A stretch of 63,123 bases of DNA, the filler included, from Reclinomonas americana ATCC 50394 (Eukaryota), in NCBI GenBank assembly GCA_048213135.1. It is 11 parts of 11 records of this genome, joined end to end, with 100 filler letters (N's around TTAATTAATTAA, not from the genome) between each part and the next. Parts side by side here need not be neighbours in the genome. Positions count along the whole stretch, not along the records: positions 45,977 to 50,225 come from AFZH01018915.1; positions 50,326 to 52,356 come from AFZH01018916.1; positions 52,457 to 63,123 come from AFZH01018917.1; 8 more parts are not named here. One strand, 5' to 3'. Every line of letters begins with the position of its first letter. Positions within the stretch are counted from its first letter, which is position 1. Positions 49,179 through 62,100 of the stretch are shown one piece after another. Under the pieces are notes generated by a model. It saw only the letters and a program-made list of their open reading frames with translations. It made no database searches and was not told the origin of the DNA. Made by a program: the position numbers and the translations under genes.

Positions 49179-51993
49179 TTATCGGACGTTGAGCACACGC
49201 TCGGCGATTGCTGGCTCGTGCTCCCTCGACATGTTTGGCCGAACATCGTGCACTCCACGCTTGCTGTCGCGCAAGAGATGCTTGCCAAAGGTGGGTGAGC
49301 CAGGCGGTTGCGGCTCCACCAACTTGAACGACGGCGAGTACATCACGTCCTATAGGCGAGCACACACACACACACATACGGAGTGAGTCGTACTGCGCAA
49401 ACCGAATGGTGTGTGCATCAAGCTGCTCACCGTGACGTAGTGTGGCTGCGTGAGTGAGCGCTCGGCGGTGAGGGATAGCACGGCCGTTCGCTGGTGTGCG
49501 TCGGTCAAGTCGTACTTTCGGTCGTAGAACTGAAGAGGAGGAGAAGGAAGGATTCAGTGACTTGTATGGCAGCCTTGGTCGACACAACGCGGCATACCTT
49601 GTCGAGGAGAGGCTTGTGTAGACGACGCTCCAACTGGCTTGGCACATCTCGCATCGTGCCGGCATGCAAGTCAGGCACCGGCATGCGCGGCCGCACCGGC
49701 GACACGTCCGGATCGTAGTCCAAGTGCAGGCCTGGTGGTTCGCGTGGACGATCGGCGTTGTGTGGCCGCATTGTCTGCATGTTGGGTCCCAAGACACGCG
49801 GCTGCACGAGATCCCATGTCGGGTCGTACTCCTGCGCGCGCCAGTGAGAATCACGTACACGCCGACCGCAGACAACTGCCACCACCGCTCACACTCACCA
49901 AACCAAGATTGATGTGCTGCAACTCCTTGCCCGTCTCCGTTCGTCTCAGCTGCCGGCTAAAGTCGGTTTGTGGTGGACGCTCATGCACATGCACGTCTTT
50001 GAAACAAAGGAGACAGTCAGCCAGCAGAATGGACGACAAAAAAACAATCCACATCTTCGCACCTGCGTCCTCCGGGTGGTAGCGAATGCGAGGCTCCATC
50101 ATCTGTGGCTCGCTCTCCTTGGTGATGACGCGTCGGTCGCGTCCGCCAGTGCGTGTCATGTCGGGCGACAGCGATCGGCGGAAGGTGAATGGTTCCGGAT
50201 TGGACTGCACCGAATATCGAGTCAGNNNNNNNNNNNNNNNNNNNNNNNNNNNNNNNNNNNNNNNNNNNNTTAATTAATTAANNNNNNNNNNNNNNNNNNN
50301 NNNNNNNNNNNNNNNNNNNNNNNNNGCTGCGCGTGCGTGCCGTACTTGGGCTCTGCGACCGCGCACGACTCCTGTGCGAACGACCGTCCTCGGTGCCGTC
50401 GCCACCGTGCCGACCACTGCGGGTAACCGAGGCCGATGCAGGTCGCGAGGGACGTGCATCCTCTGCCGCCTGTGCGCGCGCCTTCGTGTCAGTGACGTGC
50501 GCGTGGGTGCGGCTGTCGGACAGCAGAAAAAAGAGAGCTTACGAAACGTTAGTGCCATCACCCTCGCCGTAGGTGAGCTCGCGAGGAGGTGCCGTCTCGT
50601 CGCCATCGTCTTGCTTCAGTTGCGTCCTGTAGAACACGGGGCTCTGCGGCCGGCCAGCCATCTCCCGATCGCGCTTCGCCACCGGCGAGAACTCGCTGGC
50701 CAGTGACGGCGGTGCTCCACGGCAGTGGTGCGGATACACGGGCTCCTTCATGGCCGGTGTGAGCACAGTCGGCTCGGCGATGGTGAAGCGCGGGTTGTAT
50801 GTGCCCTGCGGGCATCAAGAGAGAAACCCAACAGAATCGAGTCAGTTTCACGTGGAGGGAGAACACTGTTCGCATGGGGTAAAAACGCACCACTGCTGGT
50901 GATTCGCGCGACCTCCGCACGTGCTTGTTGGAGGTCTCACGCCACCGTTCCGGTGAGAGGAAGCTGGCACTGCCGGCGGTGCTCTCCGCCGTCGTCACAT
51001 CGCCAACTCGCGGGTCGACCTTGAAATGTGGCCGGTACACCTGGCGATTGTCGACATCGTCGTCGCTCTCGCCATCGGCATCGGTCTCACCGGCACCAGC
51101 AGCCCCGCTGGAAGAAGAGGACTTCCTCTTGCTGGGATCGGGTGAGGCGCCGCGCTGCAGCACGGCGTTCTTCTTCATGGCCGACAGTTTCTTGTTCTTG
51201 GCGGCGGTCTGCTTCTCGCGATACTTGGCCGCCCGTTCGTCCATGCTGCGCTTCACGGCCGCGATAGGCGACAGCGGCTGGTCGCGCGCCTTGGACTCGC
51301 GCAGTTCCATCAGGCGCCTCTGCACCAGCTCCTCTTCGGTGGCCTCGCGGTGAATATCGGCGGCACCCCGGCTGCGCACACCAAATAATCGTCAGTTTCC
51401 CGTGTTCATCTCACCCAGGTGTGCGTGTGTGCGCGCGTGTGTATGCACTCACCGAGCACTGGAGCACACAGATTTGTCGCGCTTGACATGGTTGGGCTGG
51501 TCGCCAGCACTGATGATAGTGTCGGAGAGATCGAGGTCGAGCGACGAGCTCGACGTGTCAATGCTCAAGTCCAGCGATGCCGTCGACGAGTTCGGCGACG
51601 AAGCCGCCGGAATCTTGACGTGCTTGGCCCCTGCGGCTACACACAGCAAACCGGGGAGTCAGACGCGTGGTCATCGATGTGCTCACAGCGGCGGCGGCGG
51701 CGTGGGACTCACCAATAGAAGCCTTCAGCAGGCTCTTGACATTGAACGACGAGTCGGCAACTGCGCACAAGAGAGGAGAAGCATGATGAGCACAACCAAT
51801 TTCTGCGTCGAAGGAGGATTTTGGAGGCGGTGGCGGGAGTCGACTTACTTCGTCCGGCTCTGCGGGAGTTGACCAAAAAAGAAGAAGAGTGAGCGCGCTG
51901 CTGCAGAACAACCAGACAACAGACACGCACGCAAGCAGACACACAGACGACAAACCGTGAGAACGACGGTGGAGTGGAGTGACTCGCAGCCAT
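49179..51993 (-). CDS. Hypothetical disordered protein with recurring Y-x-P-x4-5-(V/A)-x-P motifs; spans gap 50226-50325
   Basis: Spliced motifs VYRPHFKVDPRV, TYNPRFTIAEPTV, EYDPTWDLVQPRV, DYDPDVSPVRPRM and MYSPSFKLVEPQP. Stop at 49179-49181; start uncertain. Confidence 0.55.
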
Positions 51994-52247
51994 AGTGTCG
52001 CAAGTACGATTCGCGGGAGAAGTGTTAAATCCTCCGTGTCACAGCAGCAACAACACGTGATGCGCGCGCACAAACACACACACGAGGGAGAGCAAGAAAA
52101 AGGGAGAGGGGAGCTACAATGTGTGCACACGCGTTGATGTACACGCGCGCGTTCCAGCAAGAGAGATTGAGAGCAAACAGCGAGAGCCGCGTGCGTTTTC
52201 AAATGACGTGGCGGAAACTGTAATTACAGTAGACGCAATTGATTCGC

Positions 52248-52255
52248 GCGGGAAA
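52248..52255 (-). promoter_or_regulatory. E2F-like site TTTCCCGC about 30 bp upstream of the HEAT-gene ATG
   Basis: GCGGGAAA on the + strand matches the E2F consensus TTTSSCGC. It is a short motif in GC-rich DNA. Confidence 0.3.
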
Positions 52256-52286
52256 TCGCGCGCGCGCAATCGTCTTCTCCCTCCAG

Positions 52287-55200
52287 ATGTTCAATGCGAG
52301 TGTGCCCTCAGCCTCTGTGGAGGTTGTCGACGATGAGCTGCTCGCGGGTGCGTGTCNNNNNNNNNNNNNNNNNNNNNNNNNNNNNNNNNNNNNNNNNNNN
52401 TTAATTAATTAANNNNNNNNNNNNNNNNNNNNNNNNNNNNNNNNNNNNNNNNNNNNAATCTCGTTACTCCCACGCAGAGTTATGTGTGGGAGGCGCTGGG
52501 GCTGAAGCTACCGAAGCAGCTGGATCCATCGTCCGCCGTGTTGGACGGCACCGAGGTTGTGCGGCTGTGTCGCCAGAATGAGACCTTGGTGTGTGCCTTC
52601 CCTCTCTTGTAGTGTAGCCTCACTGCAGATCGTCTCACGTACACACACACACAGAGACCTGTGTTTGGACAAATGTCGCGATTAGAGTTGCTGGTAGCCG
52701 ACGTCTTCAACCAGCACGGACAGGCGGCTGAGAATCTGATTGCTTTGCATCGTGCCACGCTCTTCTGGCTGGCCTCCGACGATTCACTCACTGTGTGCGA
52801 CGCGTTGCCGAGTGTGCGTCGCTTCGCCGACGCCGAAGCCAACTTGCTGGCCTTGTATCCGCACGTGTTGCACATGCTCATGGCCAATGTCCGGTATCCA
52901 CTGGAGGCACTGAAGAGTGCCGCAACGCGTGGATTGGAGTTTGCACTGGATCACCTTGGCTGCACGTTGCGTTTTGCAAGACAAAATGTTCCGCTAGACG
53001 GCTGACTTGCTGGCTCACCTGTGTACGATGCAGCGTCGGTCCCGTGTATGCCGACCTTGTGCGCACGCTTCTCGAATCGTATCCGAGCACGATGGATGAC
53101 CGACTCAACCCGATTCTGTTGGTGCGGACGCCGAGGAGTGTGCGAGCCAAGCGACCTTCCAGCGCCTCTCACGGTCGTAGTCGATCTGCGTCGGGCATTG
53201 TGGACGATGTGCTACTCGGCAGCGGCGGCAATGCGAGTGGTGGCGATGGTGGTGGTGGTGGTGGTGGTGCAGTCGATGCCGGCGCTGCGGCCATGGCACC
53301 ACCGCACTCACCCGACGAGACAAGCCCGCTTTCGCCAGGCGACTTGGACGGCAGTCCAGCCATCCCATCGCCGACAGAGTCTGGAGATACGGATGCGGCG
53401 CCGGCTGCGGCAGTCGCGCGCACCGATCTTCGGATTCCGCTCCCACTCCTTGCTGCAGCAGCTGGGTACGTGAGGCGTGTGCGCAGGTAGTGCATTACTT
53501 GTGATTGCTGCTCATCATGCGAGGAATATCAGCGACGGCGAGAAGCAGCGTGTCGCCGATCACTCAGCGTCCCTGCGCGTATCACCTGACGGTAGTGGCA
53601 GCAGCAGCAGTGGCAGTGGCAGTGGCGGTGACGCGATGGATAGTCGCAGCAGAGGTGGCGCTGCAGGAGAAGGTCCGCGCCCCATTGTTAGCACTGGTTC
53701 AGGTATGTGACCGTGGTGTCTTCATCACACCGGGTGGCTGGAGTCGATTCACGAACGTTGCAGACGTGACAGAGACGGGCAGAGCTGGCGGCCCCACATC
53801 GACGTACTCGTCGGCACTCATTGATGCATTCAATCGCTTGCTGGAGACGTGCTTCGATTTGTTGCCACACTTCTCGCGGACGGTGCTCGCGGAGTTGATC
53901 CAGAACTGCTTGTGCCCAAAATTCCTCCATGCGACACTGGCGAGCGAGGTTGGGTGCTGTCGCAATCAATAATCTTCATGTGCACTGCAGACTGTCTCAC
54001 TTGTTGTGCACTCTCCGCTGGTCAGCTTGAACTGCAGGTGATGCGGTTCCTGGTGGTCGCCCTCAACCGAGTGCAAGGCGATGTCAGTCTCCCATTCCAA
54101 GTGCACGACAAGGTTATTTGTGTGTGATGTCCATCGGTGTACATTCGTCGCTCATTCTTGTTTTCGGTGCAGGTGTTGAGCATGCTGCCGGAAAGCAGTT
54201 CGTCAGTGACCCGCAACGCCGCACACAAATTGTGGGCCGCACTTTGCCAGCACCTATCTCGTTGCGTCGACGTTTGAAGTGATTCCGAGGCCGTGCATCT
54301 CTCACTCTTGCCTATGCAGAGTCACTGTGTGCTGTGTCAGTGCGCGAATTCGCCGATTGGGTCGAGATTTGGTTGAAGCGCATTAGCGCACATCACATTG
54401 CGGGAGCGGACGGCGGTGACAGCAAGGCCGCTGCGGATGATTTGCGAAGCAGTGGCGGTGTCAGTTTCGTGCCCGCATGTGCGTCCCGACAAGTCAATGA
54501 TTCCCACATTCTCTTGTTCACAGATCGAATCATGAGCCTGTCGGTCACCGACTTGGTGCCACGAGCGGTCGTGGAGCTGCTGCAGTTGGTGTGTGCGCAG
54601 GTGGCGTGGCATCTGCAGACGTCACGTTTTTCCGGTGACGCAGCCTCGGACAGGCAGATACAGTGCACTGTCGCCATGGCGAAGAGTGCTGTGGAATTGT
54701 GTCGGTGTTTGCCACCGCTCATGTCTCTTCTCGAGTCCATGGTAATTCTACTTGTCGGCGACGTGCACACTTGGTAAACTCAACGAGTGTTTGCAGGCTG
54801 TGTCGCCTCCTGCACAAGCGGCTGGGAGCAATGACGTTTCTGAGTTTGCCTTTGTGTGGGCGACGGTGGAGAGTGTCTGCCTCGCCATTCCAGGTACTCG
54901 CAGCGCTGGTGGCGCGACTGAGTGCTCTTTCTTCTCACATGGCATTGTGACACAGCGCCGTTGGTGCCCGCTGTCGACAAGATGCTTCTGCCGTTCGTCG
55001 ACAGCGCATACGAGTTTTGCAGGCACTCGTCGCCTCCTCAGGTGGTACTGCGAGCGTTGGAGGTCGTCCTACGCTGCTGCATGCCAAATGCCGAGTGTGC
55101 GAGTCGACTAGTCGACTTTCTGCTGGTGTTCTGTCAGGTGCATTCCTCTGTCCCTGCAACGACCGACATGGGAGATGTGATGTTGACTGTGAATGGCAAC

Positions 55201-58200
55201 ACAGTGGATACCGTACAGCGTGATGGATGAAACATTCTTTGTGTTGCGTTCGCTGTTGCGTCTGACTGCCGAGTATTTGCATCCGGAGCATGTGGCCACT
55301 GTGATTCAAGTGCTGCTCGACCGGTACTACTCTCTCGTCGTCCGTTTTTTATTGTCCGCCGCGACGCACTCACACGTCACCGCGCAGCTACACGGTCAAG
55401 AGCAAATCGTACCGCGAATGCCTGCAGTCCACCATCAACACGTTGATGCGCGCCACCACCAAGGTCGACGATTCGGTGCTGCAGGCGTGTTGGACGGCTC
55501 CGTGGGCATTTCGACCGGTGCGTCGTCTGGGATTGACTGTCAGTTCATTCTGTGTGACTCACCCGATTGAGTAGACCGTGTCGACCCTGCAGATGCCGCC
55601 GACCGACAGCGATGGGTCGCGTCGCGTGTATATGTTTTTCGTGATGGTCAAAGTGTGTCTGCTCGACAATCCCGTCCCCGATGAAGGTGTAGTGGTGGTG
55701 GTTGTCAGTACTTGTTGGCAATGCATGTGTGATTGCTGAATGGTCACTGCAGGAGGTGCTGGCCGTCCGCTCGGTGTGGTCGACTGGGCCGCCCTCGAAA
55801 TCAAGCACGAAAGTCACGTTGAGCGTCTCGCACTATTCAAGGTTTCGTTTTCGCTCGATTTTTCGGTGATGTGGTGGTGACGTACTGAAGAATCTGCGGT
55901 GCTGCAGGACTGTGTCTGCGTCATGGACGACGATCAGATGCAGTTTGTGCAGCAGTCGAGCCTGTTCGATGTGCTGGTGGAGGCCTGTCAGCAGCTTCTA
56001 TCCCACCCCGCGGCGCAAGTTCGGCACCACGCCTTTCACATTGTGTCATTGCTGTGTGCCAAGGCGTGCGAGACGGCCGAGAAGCACGGCAAGAGGTTTG
56101 ACTCGCGTCGCTGCTGCGTAGAGAGGGAGAGACTCATCGATCATGAACACGCAGCGTGGCAGTGGCTCTTGACGAGCGCATGGCCTCCGTGTCTGGCATC
56201 CTCGTCACCTGCCTCCGCAGTCGCGACGACGAGCTCGCCTTTTCGGTGGTCCAGTTCATGCAAGTGTTGCTCAACAAGGTGGGTGGCCATCCATGGTCGA
56301 CGATGTCGAAGTGTTGGTATGGTCTGATGTGGTGTGGGCTTTCAGATGACGGCCGACGAGGCTACCGACGAGACGCTGAGGCAACTGCTGTCTGCTGTGG
56401 TGACAAAACTGTGGGAGCCCTGTTATGCGCTCCTTTACAGATGTTGGCACAACTTGCAGCTGGCCGCCTTGTGCTTGCTGGGCACATTTTGCAAACTGGC
56501 CGCTGGTGGTGCTGGTGCCGGTGCGTGTTCTCCACGCGACCGCTACATTGTCTCGTCTCTGCTGCTAACGTGAGACCACAGAGCTCACTGAGTCGTTGCG
56601 GAGCAGCATTCAGAACGACGTATTGGCGCTGCTTGACAGCCGCAGCTGGCACATGCGTGCGGGCGCGTTGGACATGCTGTCGGCTCTGATGACGTCCGAT
56701 GGAGCGCGCTGTGAGGTGTGTCGTCGTGTGCTGTGTGAGGTCCTGTCGAGTGGTTGGTTCTGAGGTGCTACCGTGAGTCGCAGAAGGCATTGGTGCAGGC
56801 TGTGTGTGCGAAGGTGGCCTCGCTGAAGGACGACTGGCCAGAGTCGGTAACTGTGCGCGCCAGGTTCGTTTCCTGCCTCGGTGTGCTGCTGCCCCGCTGA
56901 GGGAGAGAGAAGAAGATGAAGAGACGCTGAATTGTTGTTGGTCGTGTAGTGCACTGCATTCCGCCCTGCTTCGAAAACTCGATCCGAGCGACGAGGTGGT
57001 TGAAGGAAGCAGGCCTCCGGAAGGTGGTGAACTTGCCAGTGCGGTGGTCGCTGCGTGGGGGGCACTTGTTGCGCACCACGAGTCGGTGCCGCCATGGGTG
57101 CCGATGCCGCTTCAGGGTGCTGGGTCCATTTCCACCAGGTGACGTTTTCTCCGTCGTCGTTATTTGACTCGCAGTGCATGCGTTCTCTGACTTTGCGTGC
57201 ACAGCTCCGTCTCCTGTTTCTTGCCGAGTGCGCATCGAACAACAGCTCTCCGCTCCTTCCTGACTCAGGTGTATGGTAACACACTGGAGACAAGCGACGA
57301 CGGATTGGCTGCTTCTGCGGGTAACGTGTGTGTGGGCGCGTGCGTGTTTGATTGTGTTTGTGACGTTGTGTGAACAGGAATCATGCCAGTGCATTTGCGA
57401 GACGACTCGGCCAAGGCAGTGCACGACTGCGAGACGCTGGAGGACTTTGCCCGTGGCAAGGAGCGGCCTGTGTACAGTGTACTGCCGCCGCCCCGACCAT
57501 GGAGGAAATCGCGTGAGGTGCGTGCACAAGCCGAGTTCGTGAAGTGAGTGTCGCCGACTCAGTTTTCTGTCTGCTTGTAGGATGGAAGCAATCGCGCATC
57601 GGATTCTCCATCCACGCCTTTCGCGCGCTGGTGGAAAGAGGTTTGCAACTTGACTGATGAATAGTGAGGCGTGGCGGGTGACGTCACCGATGCTCACATG
57701 CACTACTTCCGCATCAGGTGCGGGCAAGCAACAGCGAGTCACTCCCTCGTTATACAACGTGGTCTTCGGCAACCGGCGGCGCCGGAGTTGGAACTCCTGG
57801 TTTGTAGCAGTGGGGTTTTCTGCGACTGGCCATCTGTTTGTCGCCCCTGAAATGTGTCATGCACAGCGAGGGATCCAGTCGAGGACAACGAGGTGGCAAC
57901 TCAGTCGCGGTGGGGCGCAGAGGTGTGTTTGTATGTGAGAGATGAAATGAGAGAGAGAGAGACGGGGGTGGTGGTCCTGTGCGATCGGGCTCACTTCACG
58001 TTGCGCATTCACAGGGTGGACTTTCGCTCGATACCGACGGAGACCCGTACGAGGAGTTGGGAATTGTAGATGTGGATGGAGACGACGCTGAAGATGAGAG
58101 TGTGGATCTGCTGGAGCAGCTGATTGCTCGGGAACTTGCCCGCTACATCGATCGGTATGTGCGAGTGGTACACGACTGTCACGTGGAGTTGCACACTCAT

Positions 58201-59063
58201 GAAGCAATGTGGCAGGCGGTATCAAACTCGCTTGTTCCCTCGCGGCGCTTCACCATCCACCCGTGGTGAAGGAGTGTTTGGCCTTGAGTCTGATCGACAA
58301 GACATTGGTGACGTGCGACCGTATCGGTCTCAGTCGGCTGGCTCCGGCCGCATTGGCTACCGCTTCGCGAGAGTGCGTCATTTTTTCTTTTCCCCCACTA
58401 GTGTGTCGATGGTGCTGGCGAATGCTGACTGCCGCGCAGCGACCATCACGCGATGGGTCGATCGGTGGCGCGACTGCAGCAACCATGCAGCCGCTCAAGA
58501 AAGTCCGCCGCAAGAAGTCGCGCCTGCGTCCATCCTGGCGACTGAGTTGCGTCCGCTGAAAATGATACCGCCAGGTTTGCGTGTGCAAAAAATGCCGCAG
58601 TGACTGAACTGCGAGGCCTCGACGACGCAGATCGCACCTTTGGTCCCGAAGCTCCTTCACAAGGCTTCGACGAACTTCGTGTCAGTGCTCCTCGACCAGA
58701 AGAACTCGCGGCGAATGCCGCTGTTATGGGACGCAACCACGCTGGAACCCCGATGCTGGTGCGTTGCAGTGCACATGACGCTCTCGTTCACCTCATCGTA
58801 TATCTAAAAAACTACGTTCACAGCGACCGGGGGCAGAGCCGTACTTCCATCCAGGTGGGGCGCCGTTGATGCACTCTGGCGTGTCGTCCGCGATGGGTGG
58901 CGGTGCGGTGGGCGGTAATGGTGGTGGCTCTGTGATGCCTGGCAGTGGTGGTCTCGCCGGTGATGGCAGATATCGGTCGACACCAATGCCCACTTTCGAC
59001 GACGACAGGCCGCAGCCAGTGGCACGATCCACGTATGCGGCAGCGCCTGGTCAGCGTGGCAGC

Positions 59064-59134
<71 letters not shown>

Positions 59135-62100
59135 GTGTGGTACTTTCTCTGCAAGTACGCCTCTCAGTCACATTGATTCGCTACGCAGTCGACCGCAAGC
59201 GCCCTCTCGAGATGCATTCGTGTCGATGGTGAACAGAGAGCGTCGACTGTATCAGGTATGCAGTGTAGGAGGTGACCCGTGCTCCAGTGTTTGTGGTTGC
59301 TGACCTGTCGCTGTGCAGCCGCCAGCGAGTCGTTCGAATGTGCGACCCACGTTTGCCGTTTCGTAAGCGACTTTAAGTGTTTTCTCCATGGGTAGCCTCG
59401 TCTCACGCGAGTTCGCTCTGTTCTGTGTGCAGCACCGGCAGCAGCGCATGGCCACTGCTGAGGGTGGCGACGCGGAATTCGTGTCCAGCAACCCGCCTTA
59501 CTACTCTCAGTCGTCGGTTGCGGCTCCGGCGCCTGGGTACGGCAACTGGTTCCCCAATGTGCCCATGCCGTATGGCTCGTATGGCGGTGGGCAGCCGGTG
59601 TTGCCGTGGAGTGGCGACCGCGGTGGCGGCGATGGCGGCGGCGACGGTGGACGCGTGTACGGTCGGGAGAGCGAAGATGACGTGCAATACGATGACGAGG
59701 AGGAGGTGGAGGACGATGAAAGCGGTGCGGCTGGTGAACTGTTCGGAGACGCGTATGGTGACGGCATGGATGAACGTGTGCCATATCTGGAGATGGGCGA
59801 TGGCATGTTGTACTCGGCGGCAGACTGGGGTCACGCACCTCCGCAGGGCTATTGGCCACCGAATGCCACTGCCGCCGCTCCCGAAGATTGGAACGACGAG
59901 GGTGATTGGAGTGAGCGGTGAGTGCGGCGACACAAACGTGGTGGCTGACTGTGGTCCTTGCTCACTGGCGATTGATCCGCAGAGGGCCGGGTGACTTTGA
60001 TGTCGGTGGTGGCCTGGACGACATGAGTCCCGATGGGTGAGCAAATCAGCAACACGAATGAGTATTCCACGTTGATCTAACTTCACACTCCTCCGCGTGT
60101 TCGACAGTTTCGAGCTCAATGCCTCTCAGTTCGAGAGCTACCTGCGTCAACTGCACTCGTCGCAGCCACAACCGCATCAACCGCCGCCGGCAACGCACTT
60201 TGGGTTGCGTGACACTGCTCTCGACGTGATGCTGCCAACCGTACTGATTCGTCGCGTTGTTGTTTGCGTGCACAGGCCCATGTATCCCGTTCGTCAGGCG
60301 TGGAATGAGCCGGGAGCAGCTGGCGCCGATGGTGGCCATGGACAGTCAGAAGCAGCTCATCGGTACAAGGAACATGAGGCACCACCACGTAAGCCGGCAG
60401 TCTCACCACCCTCCTCCGACGGTGACGAAGTGGAGTATCTGGTGCGTGACGGCGAGGGAGGGAGTGATGAAGCGGAACAAGAAGGACAGGTTTGTCAGTT
60501 TGTCGTAGCTGATCTGTGGCGTCGTGTGTGTTGAGTGTGCTGAGCGGGTGAGGATCCACTTCTTGCTGCAGGAGGCAAGTGTGTGGCACAATCAGCAGCA
60601 GCTACAGCAGGTGTGTATGCATGTCTATGTTTGCGAAATCGTGCTTGATTTTGTCCAACATACGAACTTTGTATTCTTGTGTGGACGAGCAGCACGCGGC
60701 AGCAGCTGCGGCGGCCTCGCGATACGCAGCTGATTCCGACTCGCCGCCCCCCGACTATGACCCGTTGCGTCGGTGTCTCCTAATCGTTTTACTCGCAGCG
60801 ACACACGTCTCACATCCCCTCTCACTTCTGTAGTGACGAGCGCGCTGGCGCCGACGATATGCAACTGGAGGACGCCGAGCAAGAGGACTCATGGACGGCA
60901 GATGTCTTGTCGGAGCGGAACCTCATGCGACACACGTCAGCCGGTGCGGTTTTTATGCGTGTGCATCAGCGCGAGTACCGTTCTGCGCTTACAGATTTTG
61001 CCTCGATAGTATCGCCAGTGCGCGTGCGTGCTCCGCCGTACGTGGACGTACATGATGGTGTCGTCGACATTGGCGATGGTGGCAGAGGTGTCGACCAGAG
61101 TGGTGGTTTGTACTCGCCGTCATACAGCGCCGACGCCGAGGACTCGGACAGCGTGGTGAAGAGCGAGTCGATTGACTCGGAGCTTGCTGATGCGCACTTG
61201 GTGCGTACACGAAAGCACCGACACACCGACACATGCACACGCACACTATCCGTTCTGCGTCTGCTGACTCATTCCCGGTCGTGTCTGCAGCGACCGTCCG
61301 CCGCTGCCGCGAATCGCTTGCAGTCGTCGGTCGGACGCAGTTTCGTACTCATGATAGCTCCCCTCCTCACCCTGTGGCCCTCTGCTCACGGTCTACACCG
61401 CAGGAGCCAATGCGCCTTCGCCGACACGCGCCGGATACTTTGTCGAGACTGTGGGCTCGCGAAACTCATCACAGGGAGTGAGTATTTTTTTCTCGGCCGT
61501 TTTTGAAGCGGAACTTTACTGACGGATCGCACTCGCACAACAGGGACGCGCTGCTAGGCCACAGCCGCGAAGGCAGTACCAGAAGGGCACGATTCCGGAG
61601 AGCGAGTTGGAAGACAGTGATGTTGCGTCTCGTCACCCTTCCCGTCGCCTCCCCTGGCGCCATATTCATGTACGCGCCGGCTTGCAGGAGGATGTCGACG
61701 ATGCCGAGTACCTGTACGTGGAGGGCGCATTGGATGTGCTCGGCCCGGTGACGATTGAAGACCGCATCGGCATGGGCCTTCCGCATGGTGTGCGCGTCAC
61801 GTCCGACATGATTGCGTTCCCGGCGGCCATGGAACCCGTTGACGGCGACTCCGGTTGGGTCGTTTCTCCACCGCGCGTGCACGCTCCAACCGCAGCCCCT
61901 GGCTCTCGGAACGGTGCGGGCCTCTTGGCGCAGCGGCCCGTGGATGCAAATATTCATCGTGCGTCGGCCTTTACGAGTGTGGCACACGGCGACAGCGACA
62001 GCGGCAGCCATAGTGACGGCAACGGAGACGACCATGCTTGGAATCGGTATCCCGCGGCACAACACGACAGCGAAGAAGACTACGAGGAGGAAGAGGAGGA

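Noticed and set aside
4454..52456. Recurring palindrome TTAATTAATTAA flanked by N runs
   Set aside because: It is a fixed 100-nt six-frame-stop scaffold linker, and genes such as the USP continue across it. It is not biological.
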